DNA of 64,000 bases. It comes from Nitrososphaerota archaeon. GTDB taxonomy: Archaea > Thermoproteota > Nitrososphaeria_A > Caldarchaeales > Calditenuaceae. Positions 46,232-56,893 of the stretch are shown piece by piece. A model generated the notes under the pieces. The model ran no database searches and was not told where the DNA came from. It was given only the letters and a program-made list of their open reading frames with translations. The DNA lies in the NCBI GenBank assembly GCA_033581555.1, contig JAVQSZ010000005.1, positions 64,001 through 128,000 of the forward strand, given 5' to 3'. The first letter of the stretch is position 1; every line of letters starts with the position of its first letter. The translations under genes were made by a program, and so were the position numbers.

Positions 46232-48217
46232 TCAGAAGAGCTCCGAGAGGTCCTTCACCTTCACCGAGCCCTCGACCCCCAGCACCCTCACCGCGTCCTC
46301 GAGCATGGCGAGGCAGAAGGGACACTCCGCGACGATCACACTGGCCCCTGTGCTTAGGGCCTCCTCGACCCTCTGGACGCTCTCACGCTTGACCCTCTTC
46401 ACCTCGTACCAATAGTTACCCCCTCCGCCGCCGCAGCAGAACGTGTCCGCACCTCTCCTAGGCATCTCCCTCAGGTCCGCACCCGCTAATGCTATCCTCG
46501 GCTCGTCGACGATGCCGTTGTGCCTGGCTATGTAGCAGGAGTCGTGGAGCGTGACCGAGACCGCCTCCCTGACCCTGATCCTCCCCTCCTTCACTAGCCT
46601 CCCCAGCAGTACCGAGTGGTGGACGACCTCGACGTCCAGCCCGAACTCCCTGTACTCGTGCTTCAGGACCTGGTAGCAGTGCGGGCAGTGGGTCAGGACC
46701 TTCTTCGCGTTGACGGACTTCAGCGCCTCCACGTTCCTGTAGGCCTGCTCCTGGAACCTCCCCTCCTCGCCCATCCTCCTCGCCGACTCGCCGGTGCAGG
46801 ACTCGAGGGGCCCGAGGACCGCGAAGCTCACGCCGGCCCGCGTGAGGACCTCCGCAAGCCTCTTAACGACCTGCCTCGCCCTCTGATCGAACGTCGAGAG
46901 GCACCCGATCCAGTAGACGTACTCGGCGTCGGGGTACTCGTCGACCGTCTTGACGCCCATCGCCCTCAACTCGGAGAGCAGCTCCTGCCTCGCGGACTGC
47001 GGGAGCCCGTACATGTTCCCGGTCCTGCCGAGGTTGGTGAGGGCCTCAACCGCGCGCCTCTCGAGCCTCCCCTCCAGCGTGAGGGACCTCCTCGCCTCGA
47101 GTATGTACTCCATCGGGCTGATGGTGACCGGACAGACCTCGGCGCAGGCGGCACAGGTGGTGCACGCGAAGAGCTCCTCATAGGTCAGCACTCCGGACTC
47201 GAGGACGTCGCGCCCCCCGTCCTGGCGGGAGCGCCACATCTCCTCTCTCAGCTTCTGGACGACCATCCTCGGCGAGAGAGGCGTTCCGGCCGCGAAGGCG
47301 GGGCAGGCGGCCTCGCATCTCCCGCAGTCGGTGCAGGCGTCGAGCCCCATCCTCTGGTACCAGTCGAGCTCGCTGACCCTCCTGAACCCGACCTTGACCT
47401 CGGCCTCAGGGCTGAGCTCCTCGAGCTTGAAGGGCGTCTTCGCGAGGACCGGAGGCCTCGGAGCTGCGTGGGAGAGCCCGGCGTAGAAGACGGCCACGAT
47501 CGTGTGGAGGAGGTTGGTGAACGGGATCGCCGCGACTAGCGAGAAGGCGACGACCGCGTGGGCCCACCAGACCCAGGCGTAGAGACCGGAGGCGACCGCT
47601 TCAGGTACCTCGAGGGCCGAGAGCGATGCAGCGACCGCGTTCCCGACGAACGAGTAGCCGGCCCAGGGGACCTCTTTGACGTGGAGCCTGAGCCCCTCCA
47701 TCACGAACCCCGAAACCCCGATGAACAGGATCCCGTAGAGGTAGGCGTAGTACTCGAGCTTCTGCCTGAGCCTCTTCACCCCTGAGTACCTCCTGCCCAG
47801 CGCGACGACGACCCCGTACATCATCAGGACGCCGAAGAGGTCCATCGCGAACTCGAAGGCGACGTAGCCCGTCCCCTGCAGGAGCTTTCCTCCGAGCCTC
47901 TCGAAGACGTCGAAGTCGATCGCAACCAGCACGGTCCCGATGAAGAGGACGAGGATGCCGTAGCTGAGCGCGACGTGCATCACGCCCGGTCCGATCTCCC
48001 TCAGGAGTCTCCTCTGCGCAACCGCGTACTTCGCCACCCCCTTCAGCCAAGCGACCGGGTCCCTGAGCACCGCCTTCAGCGCCTCCCATCCGTACTCGGA
48101 CATCTTCAGGTAGAAGCCGTAGAGGAAGACGGCCGCGAACGGCAGCAGGACGAGGTACATCGCGACCTCGGTCCACTCCGGGAGGAGGGCGAAGTTCTCC
48201 CTCGCGGGGACCTCCAC
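46232..48217 (-). CDS. Membrane Fe-S oxidoreductase (HdrD/FadF-like with cytochrome b-type domain)
   Basis: Transmembrane N-domain, CTDCGRCEAACP and CTTCAACAEVCP, CPHC, HDSC, CCGGGGG, CPFC. Confidence 0.88.
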   Translation of the reverse strand: MEVPARENFALLPEWTEVAMYLVLLPFAAVFLYGFYLKMSEYGWEALKAVLRDPVAWLKGVAKYAVAQRRLLREIGPGVMHVALSYGILVLFIGTVLVAIDFDVFERLGGKLLQGTGYVAFEFAMDLFGVLMMYGVVVALGRRYSGVKRLRQKLEYYAYLYGILFIGVSGFVMEGLRLHVKEVPWAGYSFVGNAVAASLSALEVPEAVASGLYAWVWWAHAVVAFSLVAAIPFTNLLHTIVAVFYAGLSHAAPRPPVLAKTPFKLEELSPEAEVKVGFRRVSELDWYQRMGLDACTDCGRCEAACPAFAAGTPLSPRMVVQKLREEMWRSRQDGGRDVLESGVLTYEELFACTTCAACAEVCPVTISPMEYILEARRSLTLEGRLERRAVEALTNLGRTGNMYGLPQSARQELLSELRAMGVKTVDEYPDAEYVYWIGCLSTFDQRARQVVKRLAEVLTRAGVSFAVLGPLESCTGESARRMGEEGRFQEQAYRNVEALKSVNAKKVLTHCPHCYQVLKHEYREFGLDVEVVHHSVLLGRLVKEGRIRVREAVSVTLHDSCYIARHNGIVDEPRIALAGADLREMPRRGADTFCCGGGGGNYWYEVKRVKRESVQRVEEALSTGASVIVAECPFCLAMLEDAVRVLGVEGSVKVKDLSELF

Positions 48218-48317
48218 GGGTTTAGCGGCCTCACCGGAGCTAAAAACGGTGCTCCGGAGTGCGCGGCGCGCGTTGGTCGGCCGCAGCCTTATACCCGGGT
48301 CTACCCGGGCCGAGGTC

Positions 48318-48872
48318 GTGGAGGTAAGGGTCCTCGAGTCGAGGAGGATCTACTCGGGGAGGACGGTGGGCCTGAGGGTGGAGAGGGTCTCGGTGGACGG
48401 GAGGGTAGTCCTCAGGGAGATAGTGGAGCACCGGGGGGCAGCAGTGATAGTCCCGATCCGTGACGACGGAAGGCTGGTCCTGGTCAAGCAGTACAGGCGG
48501 CCGGTCGACGAGGAGGTCCTCGAGTTCCCCGCAGGGACGCTCGAGCCCGGCGAGGACCCGGAGGGCTGCGCGAAAAGGGAGCTCCTGGAGGAGACCGGAC
48601 ACGAGGCCCTCTCCCTCGAGAGGCTCGCGACCGTATACCCCGCTCCCGGGTACTCGGAGGAGGCGATGCACCTCTTCCTGGCCAGAGCGGTCCCTAAAGG
48701 GGGTCTCGCGCTGGAGGACGACGAGGACCTGAGGGTCGTGACGCTGACGCTCGAGGAGCTGATCGGGATGGCGCTGAGGGGAGAGGTCAGGGACGCGAAG
48801 ACGATCGTCGGCGCCTTCCTGCTGAGGGAGAGGTTGGGCCGAGGGAGCCAACCGGCGTCCGGGTTCCGGTGA
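48318..48872 (+). CDS. Nudix hydrolase, ADP-ribose pyrophosphatase-like
   Basis: REIVEHRGA, QYRRP, EFPAGTLEPGEDPEGCAKRELLEETG, DAKT. Confidence 0.88.
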   Translation: MEVRVLESRRIYSGRTVGLRVERVSVDGRVVLREIVEHRGAAVIVPIRDDGRLVLVKQYRRPVDEEVLEFPAGTLEPGEDPEGCAKRELLEETGHEALSLERLATVYPAPGYSEEAMHLFLARAVPKGGLALEDDEDLRVVTLTLEELIGMALRGEVRDAKTIVGAFLLRERLGRGSQPASGFR

Positions 48873-48907
48873 CACGTTTATCAGACGTCCCGGAGACACA
48901 TCCGCGG

Positions 48908-49969
48908 ATGAAGGTAACCGCTGAGGACGTGCTGAGGGCGCTGAAGCAGGTGAAGGACCCGGAGCTCGGGGTCGACGTGGTGCAGATGGGGATGATCAAG
49001 GACCTGAAGGTGAAGGACGGCCACGTCTCCTTCACGCTCGAGCTGACCACCCCAGCCTGTCCCTACAACGAGGAGCTGAAGTCGGCGGTCCTAAAGGCCG
49101 TAGAGTCGGTGAAGGGCGTCGAGAGGGTCTCGATGGAGGTGAAGTCGAGGGTGCTGAGCGTCAGGCCCCAGAGCCAGGCCCTGAACCCGATACCCTCGGT
49201 GAAGAACGTGATCGCGGTCGCCAGCGGCAAGGGAGGGGTGGGGAAGTCCACGATCGCGGTGAACCTCGCCGTCGCGCTCTCGGAGGCGGGGGCCGCGACG
49301 GGCCTGCTGGACGCGGACGTCTACGGCCCGACCATACCCAGGTTCATCAGGGGTTACGACTTCTCCTCGAGCGTCAGGGGCAACAAGGTCGAGCCGGCCA
49401 GGGGACCGCTCGGCGTGAAGATGATGTCACTCGGCTTGATAGTGACCGACGACACCCCCGTCATCTGGAGGGGGCCGCTCGTGGGGACGACCGTGAGGCA
49501 GCTGATCACCGACGTCGACTGGGGCGAGCTCGACTACCTGATCGTCGACCTCCCGCCGGGCACCGGGGACGCGCCGCTGACGCTCGCTCAGACCGTCCCG
49601 CTGAGCGGGGTGGTGATCGTCACGACTCCGCAGAAGGCCGCGGTCACGATAGCGATGAAGGCGCTGAGGATGTTCCAGAGGCTGAACGTCAACGTCATCG
49701 GGATAGTGGAGAACATGTCCTACGTCAGGTGCTCCGACTGCGGAAAGACGATCCGGGTCTTCGGGGAGAGCTACGCGAGGAGGGCAGCGCTGGAGGCCGG
49801 CGTTCCGCTCTTGGCCGAGGTCCCCCTGCTCGAGTCGATCCTCGAGGGGAGCGAGGACGGGACGCCAGTGATCGTGAGGGACCCGAAGTCCGAGGCCGCG
49901 GAGGTCTTCAGGGCACTCGCGAGGAGGGTCGCGGGGAGGGTGAGCGTCATTGCCGCCGGCGGAAGGTGA
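48908..49969 (+). CDS. Mrp/NBP35 Fe-S carrier ATPase with N-terminal DUF59 domain
   Basis: DPEL, TTPACP, SGKGGVGKST, DADVYGP, WRGP, DLPPGTGD, ENMS..CSDC. Confidence 0.93.
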   Translation: MKVTAEDVLRALKQVKDPELGVDVVQMGMIKDLKVKDGHVSFTLELTTPACPYNEELKSAVLKAVESVKGVERVSMEVKSRVLSVRPQSQALNPIPSVKNVIAVASGKGGVGKSTIAVNLAVALSEAGAATGLLDADVYGPTIPRFIRGYDFSSSVRGNKVEPARGPLGVKMMSLGLIVTDDTPVIWRGPLVGTTVRQLITDVDWGELDYLIVDLPPGTGDAPLTLAQTVPLSGVVIVTTPQKAAVTIAMKALRMFQRLNVNVIGIVENMSYVRCSDCGKTIRVFGESYARRAALEAGVPLLAEVPLLESILEGSEDGTPVIVRDPKSEAAEVFRALARRVAGRVSVIAAGGR

Positions 49970-50420
49970 GCGGTCGGAGCTCCTCTCGGTCCCGAGGACA
50001 GGCGTCTACGCGAAGGGTTCCCTCGACCTGGTCGCGGTCTACGATTCCCTGAGCTCGGCCTACGGCGACGGTTCCTCTGGCGCGCTGGCGACGTTCATGG
50101 GCATAGCTAGGTCGACGAGCAGGACCGGGAAGAGGGTCGTCGAGGTCGTGATAGAGGCCTACGTCGAGAACGCGGAGCTCGAGCTGCGCAGGATCGTCTC
50201 TGAGGCGACCGAGAGGCACAACCTGACCTTCGCGGGGATTTGGCACCTCTTGGGCCCCTTCAGGCCAGGGGAGCCGATCGTGCTGGTCGCCTCGATGGGC
50301 CCGAGGAGGAAAGGGGTGATGGACGCGCTAGCCGAGATGGTCGAGCGGTACAAGAGGGAGCCGGCGCTCTTCAAGAAGGAGGTCTACGCTGACGGGACGT
50401 CGGAATGGGTGGAGGAGTAA
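49950..50420 (+). CDS. moaE: Molybdopterin synthase catalytic subunit
   Basis: GALATFMGIAR, EAY, H.LG....GE, K.EPALFKKE. Confidence 0.88.
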   Translation: MPPAEGERSELLSVPRTGVYAKGSLDLVAVYDSLSSAYGDGSSGALATFMGIARSTSRTGKRVVEVVIEAYVENAELELRRIVSEATERHNLTFAGIWHLLGPFRPGEPIVLVASMGPRRKGVMDALAEMVERYKREPALFKKEVYADGTSEWVEE

Positions 50421-50427
50421 CAGTCTC

Positions 50428-50446
50428 GCGTTCTCGATGAGAACGC
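50428..50446. terminator. Perfect 8-bp hairpin just after moaE
   Basis: GCGTTCTC-GAT-GAGAACGC followed by a pyrimidine-rich tract. Confidence 0.3.
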
Positions 50447-50742
50447 CTCCCTTCCTCGTTCTCCTTCGTTCCCAATCCCCTTCGCGAAGCTCTCTGCCAC
50501 CTCGCTCCGCAGATTCAGGGGAGCCTCGGACTTCCGATCTCTGGGCAAGGTTCCGAGCCCTACTTCGCCTCTTCGAGCCCTCCTGAGCCAGTCCCCGTCT
50601 GGGACTCGGCGTTGCCGCGCTCTTCGCAGCTCGGTGTGTATGGAGAAGAACGACGAGCCAGACACATCTCTGCTCATGACGCAGCGAGGCAGTCGACCCC
50701 CGAGATCGAGTGACCTCTCATCTCGCGGTAGCCCCCGACTCA

Positions 50743-51747
50743 TCAGACGAACCTGAGCGACTCGACGCCGACGCCCTCGTAGGACCCGAGCAACAGCTGA
50801 TAGGCAGTCCCCCTCTCGGACCGGACCTCCTCGAGCTTCGCCCTCACCGAGATCCTGTCGCCGGGCCTCAGCACCCCAGCGAGCCTCGCGAGGTACGTGA
50901 CCAGCCTCTCGATCCCGAATACCCTCTCCTCGACCCTGTAGACCGAGGGCGTGAAGAGCGACTCAGAGTCGTCCACGACCTCGACGACCGTCTCGACGAT
51001 CCCCTTCGAGGTGTATTGGACCTCGCCGTAGGCGTACGGGGGCCTCTCCCTCACCCCGAAGACCGAGAACCTCGTCCCCGAGAAATCGCCCTTGTGGACA
51101 ACCCTCGACGCCAGAAGCTCCGCCTGCTCCTTCGGTATTCTCAGCTGCGACCTCAGGTGTGAGACCCACTCGGGGCCGACTCCGGTCTTCAGCCTCTCGT
51201 CCTTAGACTCCGCTAGCGCGTCCAGAACCCTCCTCGTGTTGGACCCGCCGTGCACGACTAGGTCGACGTCTGAGCCCGAGTGCGCTATTCCGAGCAGGAC
51301 CGAACCGGTCACGCCGAAGCCCTCCTCCGGGACGCCGGAGGCCTCGGAGAGCCAACCGATCAGCTCGACCGCCCTCCGCTCGAGCGAGCTCTCCGGCAGC
51401 GAACTCCTCGACCTCAGCAGCTCGACCGCCTTCTCGCTGGTCCTATAAACCCTGGTCACCTCGGCGAGCGGCGGCGCGATCACCTCGCTCCCCACCGAGG
51501 GGTCGAGGTAGACGTAGTCCGGCCTGACGGACCTCACGAACTCGATCGACCTCAGGAGCTCCCTCACCGAGTACTCAACCAGCACCCTCGAGTAGGTCCT
51601 GCCGTTCGCTGAGCGCCACGGCCCTGGCCCCGCGACGTACTTCAGGACCGCCCAGACCCTGTCCCTCGGGTGGACGTCGCCCAGCACCGAGAAGATCCAG
51701 CCTTCGGACGTGACGAAGTAGTCCTTGTCCCTGAGCGGCCGATCCAT
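50743..51747 (-). CDS. Predicted nucleotidyltransferase (COG1665-like)
   Basis: GVTGSVLLG...SDVDLVV Pol-beta motif; N-terminal LRDKDY...HP...LKY. Confidence 0.8.
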   Translation of the reverse strand: MDRPLRDKDYFVTSEGWIFSVLGDVHPRDRVWAVLKYVAGPGPWRSANGRTYSRVLVEYSVRELLRSIEFVRSVRPDYVYLDPSVGSEVIAPPLAEVTRVYRTSEKAVELLRSRSSLPESSLERRAVELIGWLSEASGVPEEGFGVTGSVLLGIAHSGSDVDLVVHGGSNTRRVLDALAESKDERLKTGVGPEWVSHLRSQLRIPKEQAELLASRVVHKGDFSGTRFSVFGVRERPPYAYGEVQYTSKGIVETVVEVVDDSESLFTPSVYRVEERVFGIERLVTYLARLAGVLRPGDRISVRAKLEEVRSERGTAYQLLLGSYEGVGVESLRFV

Positions 51748-51773
51748 CCTCGTTTCTCTCCAGCCTCAAGCAG

Positions 51774-53336
51774 CTATTTCCTGTTAGCCTGCAGCGCATA
51801 CCTGTAGCCGTCGGAGATCGCCGCGAGGCTCGCCTCGATCACGTTCCTCGAGACTGAGGTCGTCCTCCACGCCGAGCCGTTCCCCGAGAACTCGACGATG
51901 ACCCGCACCGGGGCCGCCGTGCCCTCGAAGCCGTCGACGACGCTGACCTTGTAGTCCGTCAGCCCGACCCCCTCGAGCTCGGGGAAGCAGGAGAGGAGCG
52001 CGCTCCTGATCGCGCCGTCCAGCGCGTGGACCGGCCCGACCCCCTCGCTGGAGGCCCTGTGGACGCGGCCGTCGACCTCGATCGCGACCGACGACCTGGC
52101 CGAAGGTCCCTCTGGGCCCTCAACCTCTACGGACCACTCGACGACCCTGAACCCCTCCCTGAACAGGCCGGCGGCGCGAAGGAGGAGCAGCTCCACCGTC
52201 GCCTCCGCGCCCTCGAGGTGATAGCCCAGCGACTCGAGCCGCTTCACCTCCTCGAGCACCGCAGTGACCTGCTCCTCAGCGAGCCTTATCCCGACCCTCG
52301 AGGCGACGTACCTCACCGTCGACCTCCCCGAGAGCTCCGAGACCGAGAAGCTCCTCTCGTTCCCGACCGCTGAGGGGTCCAGGTGCTCGTAGGCCCTGGT
52401 GACCTTCAGGACCGCGTCGACGTGCACGCCGGCCTTGTGGGCGAAGGCGTTCCTCCCGACGTAGGGGTGATTGTCCGCAATCCTGAGGTTCAGGAGGTCC
52501 GCGACCGACCTCGAGACCCGCGTCAGGCGCCTCAGGGCCTCAGTCCTTCCCTTGAGGACCGAGAGGCCCATCTTGTAGGCGACGTTCGGGAGCACCTGGC
52601 AGAGGTCCGCGTTCCCGCACCTCTCCCCGACCCCCAGAAGTGTCCCTTGGACGTGCCTCGCGCCGCTCCTCACCGCGACGAGCGTGTTGGCGACCGCGCA
52701 GCCAGCGTCGTTGTGGGCGTGTATCCCGATGTGCGCGTCCGGGAGTCGTCCCCTCACCTCCTCGACCGCCCTCTCCACCTCCCAGGGCATCGAGCCGCCG
52801 TTGGTGTCGCAGAGGGTCAGCGTCCTCGCCCCTGCGTCTGCCGCGGCCCTCAACACCGACATCGCGTACTCCGGCGACTCCTTCCACCCGTCGAAGAAGT
52901 GCTCCGCGTCGAAGACCACTTCCGTCCCGTGGTCCCTCAGGTACTCAACGGTCTCGGAGACCATCTCGAGGTTCTCCTCCGGAGTGCACCTCAGGACCTC
53001 GGACACGTGGAGCGTCCAGGACTTCCCGAAGACGACCGCGACCGGCACCTCGGACTCGACGACCTCGTTCAGCGAGGGGTCCTCATCAGCCCTGATCCCC
53101 TTCCTCCTCGTCGAGCAGAAAGCAGCGATCCTGCTGTTCTTCAGGGAGACGCCCCTCAGGGCCCTGAAGAGCCCGGCGTCCTTGGGGTTCGAGCCCGGCC
53201 ACCCCGCCTCGATGACGTCGACGCCCAGCTCGTCCAGCCTCTCGATCACCCTGAGCTTCTCCTGCAGCGAGAAGGTTATCCCTCTGGTCTGCGCGCCGTC
53301 CCTAAGGGTGGTGTCCAGAGTCTCGACGTAATCGAT
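51774..53336 (-). CDS. cimA: Citramalate synthase (CimA-type, LeuA superfamily)
   Basis: LDTTLRDGAQ (upstream of the ORF-track start), EAGWPGSNPKD, VFGKSW..HV, FDAEHFFDG, LCDTNGG, HAHND, GERCGN, AHKAGVH. Start inferred as non-canonical. Confidence 0.85.
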   Translation of the reverse strand: MDYVETLDTTLRDGAQTRGITFSLQEKLRVIERLDELGVDVIEAGWPGSNPKDAGLFRALRGVSLKNSRIAAFCSTRRKGIRADEDPSLNEVVESEVPVAVVFGKSWTLHVSEVLRCTPEENLEMVSETVEYLRDHGTEVVFDAEHFFDGWKESPEYAMSVLRAAADAGARTLTLCDTNGGSMPWEVERAVEEVRGRLPDAHIGIHAHNDAGCAVANTLVAVRSGARHVQGTLLGVGERCGNADLCQVLPNVAYKMGLSVLKGRTEALRRLTRVSRSVADLLNLRIADNHPYVGRNAFAHKAGVHVDAVLKVTRAYEHLDPSAVGNERSFSVSELSGRSTVRYVASRVGIRLAEEQVTAVLEEVKRLESLGYHLEGAEATVELLLLRAAGLFREGFRVVEWSVEVEGPEGPSARSSVAIEVDGRVHRASSEGVGPVHALDGAIRSALLSCFPELEGVGLTDYKVSVVDGFEGTAAPVRVIVEFSGNGSAWRTTSVSRNVIEASLAAISDGYRYALQANRK

Positions 53337-53443
53337 CCGACCACCCCGCGACCCGCGGCGGAGTGCGCCACGATATCAACGTATGCTCCGCGCCGACGCC
53401 CACAGATCGCAGAGCTTAGGTAAATTACCCCCGGGTCCGGCAA

Positions 53444-56176
53444 GTGGAGGGGTTGTCCGGGACCGAGGCGGAGTTCCACGCGCTCGAGGCGGAGGAGGTG
53501 GCTAGGCGGTTCAGGGTCGACCCTGCCAGGGGCCTGGACCAAAGGGAGGTCGAGGAGAGGCTGAGGAGGTTCGGCCCCAACGTGATCGTCGAGGCGAAGA
53601 AGCCGAGCCCGGTCCTGCTCTTCCTCAGGCAGTTCGCGAACCTGCTGATCCTGATCCTACTGGTCGCGACCACGATCACCGCCTTCCTCGGCGAGGTGAT
53701 CGAGGCGGTCGTGATCGGCGTAATCGTCCTCTTCATCGGCGTCGTGGGGTTCGTCCAGGAGTACAGGGCCGAGAGGGCGCTCGAGAGGCTGAAGGAGCTG
53801 ACCGCCCCGACCTGCAGGGTCCTGAGGGACGGCGAGGTGGTCACGGTTCCGGCGCATCAGGTCGTTCCCGGCGACGTCCTGGTCCTCGGCGAGGGAGACA
53901 TCGTGGCCGCCGACGGGAGACTCGTCGAGTCTCACGGGCTCAAGGTCGACGAGTCCGCGCTCACGGGGGAGTCGGTCCCCGTCGAGAAGGTGACCAGGGC
54001 CCTCCCCAGGGACGTCCCGCTCGGCGACAGGGTCAACTCGGTCTACGCGGGGACGCTCGTCGTCTCAGGGCGGGGGAAGGCGGTCGTCACGGCGACCGGC
54101 AAGTCGACCGAGTTCGGGAAGGTGGCAGCGTACACGCTCGCGGTCGAGGAGGAGCGGACGCCCCTCGAGGCCAGGATGAACGAGCTTGGGAGGAAGTTCG
54201 GGCTGCTGGCCCTCGTGATCATCGCGGTGCTCTTCGTCCTGGAGCTCGCCGAGTCGCTGCTCTTCGGCGGCTTCACCCTCGAGTTCCTGATAGAGGTCTT
54301 CCTCTTCAGCGTCGCCCTCGCGGTCGCCGCGGTCCCCGAGGCCCTCCCGGCCGTCGTCACCGCGTCCCTCGCGATCGGTGCGTGGACGCTCGCGAAGCAC
54401 GGCGCGCTGGTGAAGAGGCTCGCGGCGGTCGAGAGCCTCGGGTCGACGCAGGTGATGTGCTTCGACAAGACCGGAACCCTCACGAAAGGCGAGCAGACAG
54501 TCAGGGCCGTCTACGTCGACGGAAGGCTCCTCTCCGTGACCGGGACTGGTTTCAACGTCGAGGGCTCGATCGAGGGCGCCGACCGGAACTCGAGGGCCTT
54601 CGGGGAGCTGATGAGGGCCTCGGTCCTCTGCAACGACGCGACCGTGACCAACGCCGACGGCAGGTGGAGGCACTCCGGCGACCCCACGGAGGTGGCCCTG
54701 CTCTTCATGGCCTTGAAGGCCGGCGTCGACGTCGAGTCGCTGAGGAGGGCTCACCCAAGGGTCTCTGAGAACCCGTTCACCAGCGAGCGGAAGATGATGT
54801 CCACGGTGAACCTCGTCGACGGCAGGAAGGTCGCGTTCGTCAAGGGAGCCCCCGAGGTCGTGATCGAGAGGTGCGTCGCGGCCCTCACCGGGAAAGGCGT
54901 CGTCCCGATGACACCCTTGATGAGGTCCGAGCTGATTGAGGTCAACGAGCGGCTCGCGTCGGAGGGGATGAGGGTCCTCGCGTTCGGGTACAGGGACGCG
55001 GAGGGCGTCAAGGGCGAGGAGGCCGAGAGGGACCTCGTCTTCATAGGGATGGCAGGCATGATCGACCCGCCGAGACCCGAGGCGATCGAGGCGATAGGGG
55101 TGGCTAAGTCCGCGGGCGTGAAGCCCGTGATGATAACCGGAGACCATAGGCTCACTGCGATCGCGGTCGCGAGGGAATGCGGCATCGATACCGAGCACGT
55201 CATGACCGGGAGGGAGTTGGACATGATGACGGCGGAGGAGCTCGCCGAACACATCGAGAAGGTGACCGTCTACGCGAGGACCTCCCCAGTCCAGAAGCTG
55301 AAGATCGTGGAGGGGTGGAAGCTGAAGGACGCGGTCGTGGCGATGACGGGAGACGGCGTCAACGACGCACCGGCGCTGAAGAGGGCCGATATCGGGGTCG
55401 CAATGGGGATAAGGGGTACTGCGGTCGCGAAGGAGTCCTCAGACCTGATCCTCACCGACGACAGCCTCGCCACGCTGGTGAAGGCGATCGAGCTCGGGAG
55501 GTGGATAATGGACAACATCAAGCGCTACCTCGCGTACCTCCTCCAGGCGAACCTCGTCGAGATCGTCGTCCTCTCGTTCACCACCCTCTTCCTCCTCAGG
55601 TACCTGGGGTACTCGGGAGAGGAGGCCCTCGCCCTGCTCCCGGTCCACATTCTCTACATCAACTTGGCCACCGACGGTCTTCCGGCCCTCGCGCTCGGGC
55701 TCAGTCCTCCCGACCCGGACCTGATGAGGAGACCTCCGATGAAGAGGGGCGAGAGCGTCTTCACGAGGGAGGTCGTCGAGTTCCTGATCAGGGCGCTGAT
55801 CGTTGAGCCTCCGGTCATGATACTAGCATTCTACTCGGCCCTCCCGAACGGAATCGACGCCGCGAGGACCAGGCTCTTCCTCCTCTTCGTCGCGATCGAG
55901 CTGGTGGTGGCCTTGAGCTGCAGGTCTCTGAGGCACCCGATAGTGAAGGTTAGGCCCCACAGGTGGCTGGTGCTCGCGGTCCTGTGGGAGGCGGTCCTGA
56001 TCGGCCTACTGGTCTGGATCCCCTGGACGAGGGAGGCGCTGCACCTGACCGTGCCGACGCTGGAGGACCTGACCTGGATCCTGGCCGGAGGCGCGGTGAC
56101 CTTCGCGTCAATAGAGCTGCTGAAGCTCGTGGTGATCTCGAGGCACTCGCAGGCCCAGCGGTTCAGAGCTTCCTGA
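53444..56176 (+). CDS. P-type cation ATPase, type IIA (Ca2+-ATPase-like)
   Basis: [35 protein letters not shown]. Confidence 0.93.
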   Translation: MEGLSGTEAEFHALEAEEVARRFRVDPARGLDQREVEERLRRFGPNVIVEAKKPSPVLLFLRQFANLLILILLVATTITAFLGEVIEAVVIGVIVLFIGVVGFVQEYRAERALERLKELTAPTCRVLRDGEVVTVPAHQVVPGDVLVLGEGDIVAADGRLVESHGLKVDESALTGESVPVEKVTRALPRDVPLGDRVNSVYAGTLVVSGRGKAVVTATGKSTEFGKVAAYTLAVEEERTPLEARMNELGRKFGLLALVIIAVLFVLELAESLLFGGFTLEFLIEVFLFSVALAVAAVPEALPAVVTASLAIGAWTLAKHGALVKRLAAVESLGSTQVMCFDKTGTLTKGEQTVRAVYVDGRLLSVTGTGFNVEGSIEGADRNSRAFGELMRASVLCNDATVTNADGRWRHSGDPTEVALLFMALKAGVDVESLRRAHPRVSENPFTSERKMMSTVNLVDGRKVAFVKGAPEVVIERCVAALTGKGVVPMTPLMRSELIEVNERLASEGMRVLAFGYRDAEGVKGEEAERDLVFIGMAGMIDPPRPEAIEAIGVAKSAGVKPVMITGDHRLTAIAVARECGIDTEHVMTGRELDMMTAEELAEHIEKVTVYARTSPVQKLKIVEGWKLKDAVVAMTGDGVNDAPALKRADIGVAMGIRGTAVAKESSDLILTDDSLATLVKAIELGRWIMDNIKRYLAYLLQANLVEIVVLSFTTLFLLRYLGYSGEEALALLPVHILYINLATDGLPALALGLSPPDPDLMRRPPMKRGESVFTREVVEFLIRALIVEPPVMILAFYSALPNGIDAARTRLFLLFVAIELVVALSCRSLRHPIVKVRPHRWLVLAVLWEAVLIGLLVWIPWTREALHLTVPTLEDLTWILAGGAVTFASIELLKLVVISRHSQAQRFRAS

Positions 56177-56849
56177 CGTCGCCTCTCCCCGAGGTCAGCC
56201 TCATGACCCTGTCGGTGACCTCGCCGAGCATCCCACCAGGCAGCTCGACCTGACAGACCCAGGAGCCGTCCCCCTTCCACTCCTCCTTCACTATCCTCCC
56301 AACGCCGCGCAGGTATCCGCTGACCCTAGGCTGCGCGTCGCCCGGCGACCTGACCTCGACCGTTATCTGGACGATCTTGATCGGGAGGACGGTCCTCAGC
56401 CTCTCCATCACCTTCCCGACCTGCTCCGAGGCCTCCGCGAACGGATCGATCTGGACGCCTACCTCCTTCATCGCGAGCTCGATCCTCTGGGGCGGTATCG
56501 GCGCGTTGGTCCTGGGGTCGATCGCGTTCCTCGCGATCAGGTCGATCACCTTCCTCCGCTTCTCCTCGATCAGGGCCCTCCTCTGCTCCGCGGTGAGCTG
56601 GACCTCGCCCTCCCTCACGATCGTCAGGGCGATCTGGTAGGGGTCGGTGGTCCCGAAGGCCTTCCTCAGCTCCTCCTCCTTCGCCCTGATCCCCTTCTTC
56701 GCGTCCCTGTAGACCTCTGGGTAGACGAGGACCTTCTGAGATGGCTGGGCCTGACCGAGCCTGATCTTCAGGGCCAAGTCCGGGTCCACGAGCACCTCGA
56801 AGGTCTCGCCCCGCTTCGTCATCCTAGCGATCGTGTAGTTCTGCGGCAA
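56163..56849 (-). CDS. Ribosome maturation factor SBDS/Sdo1
   Basis: [37 protein letters not shown]. Confidence 0.93.
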   Translation of the reverse strand: MPQNYTIARMTKRGETFEVLVDPDLALKIRLGQAQPSQKVLVYPEVYRDAKKGIRAKEEELRKAFGTTDPYQIALTIVREGEVQLTAEQRRALIEEKRRKVIDLIARNAIDPRTNAPIPPQRIELAMKEVGVQIDPFAEASEQVGKVMERLRTVLPIKIVQITVEVRSPGDAQPRVSGYLRGVGRIVKEEWKGDGSWVCQVELPGGMLGEVTDRVMRLTSGRGDVRKL

Positions 56850-56893
56850 CTCCCTCGCACCTCACGGGACTTCCTCTCGGGAGGCTTTAGCAG

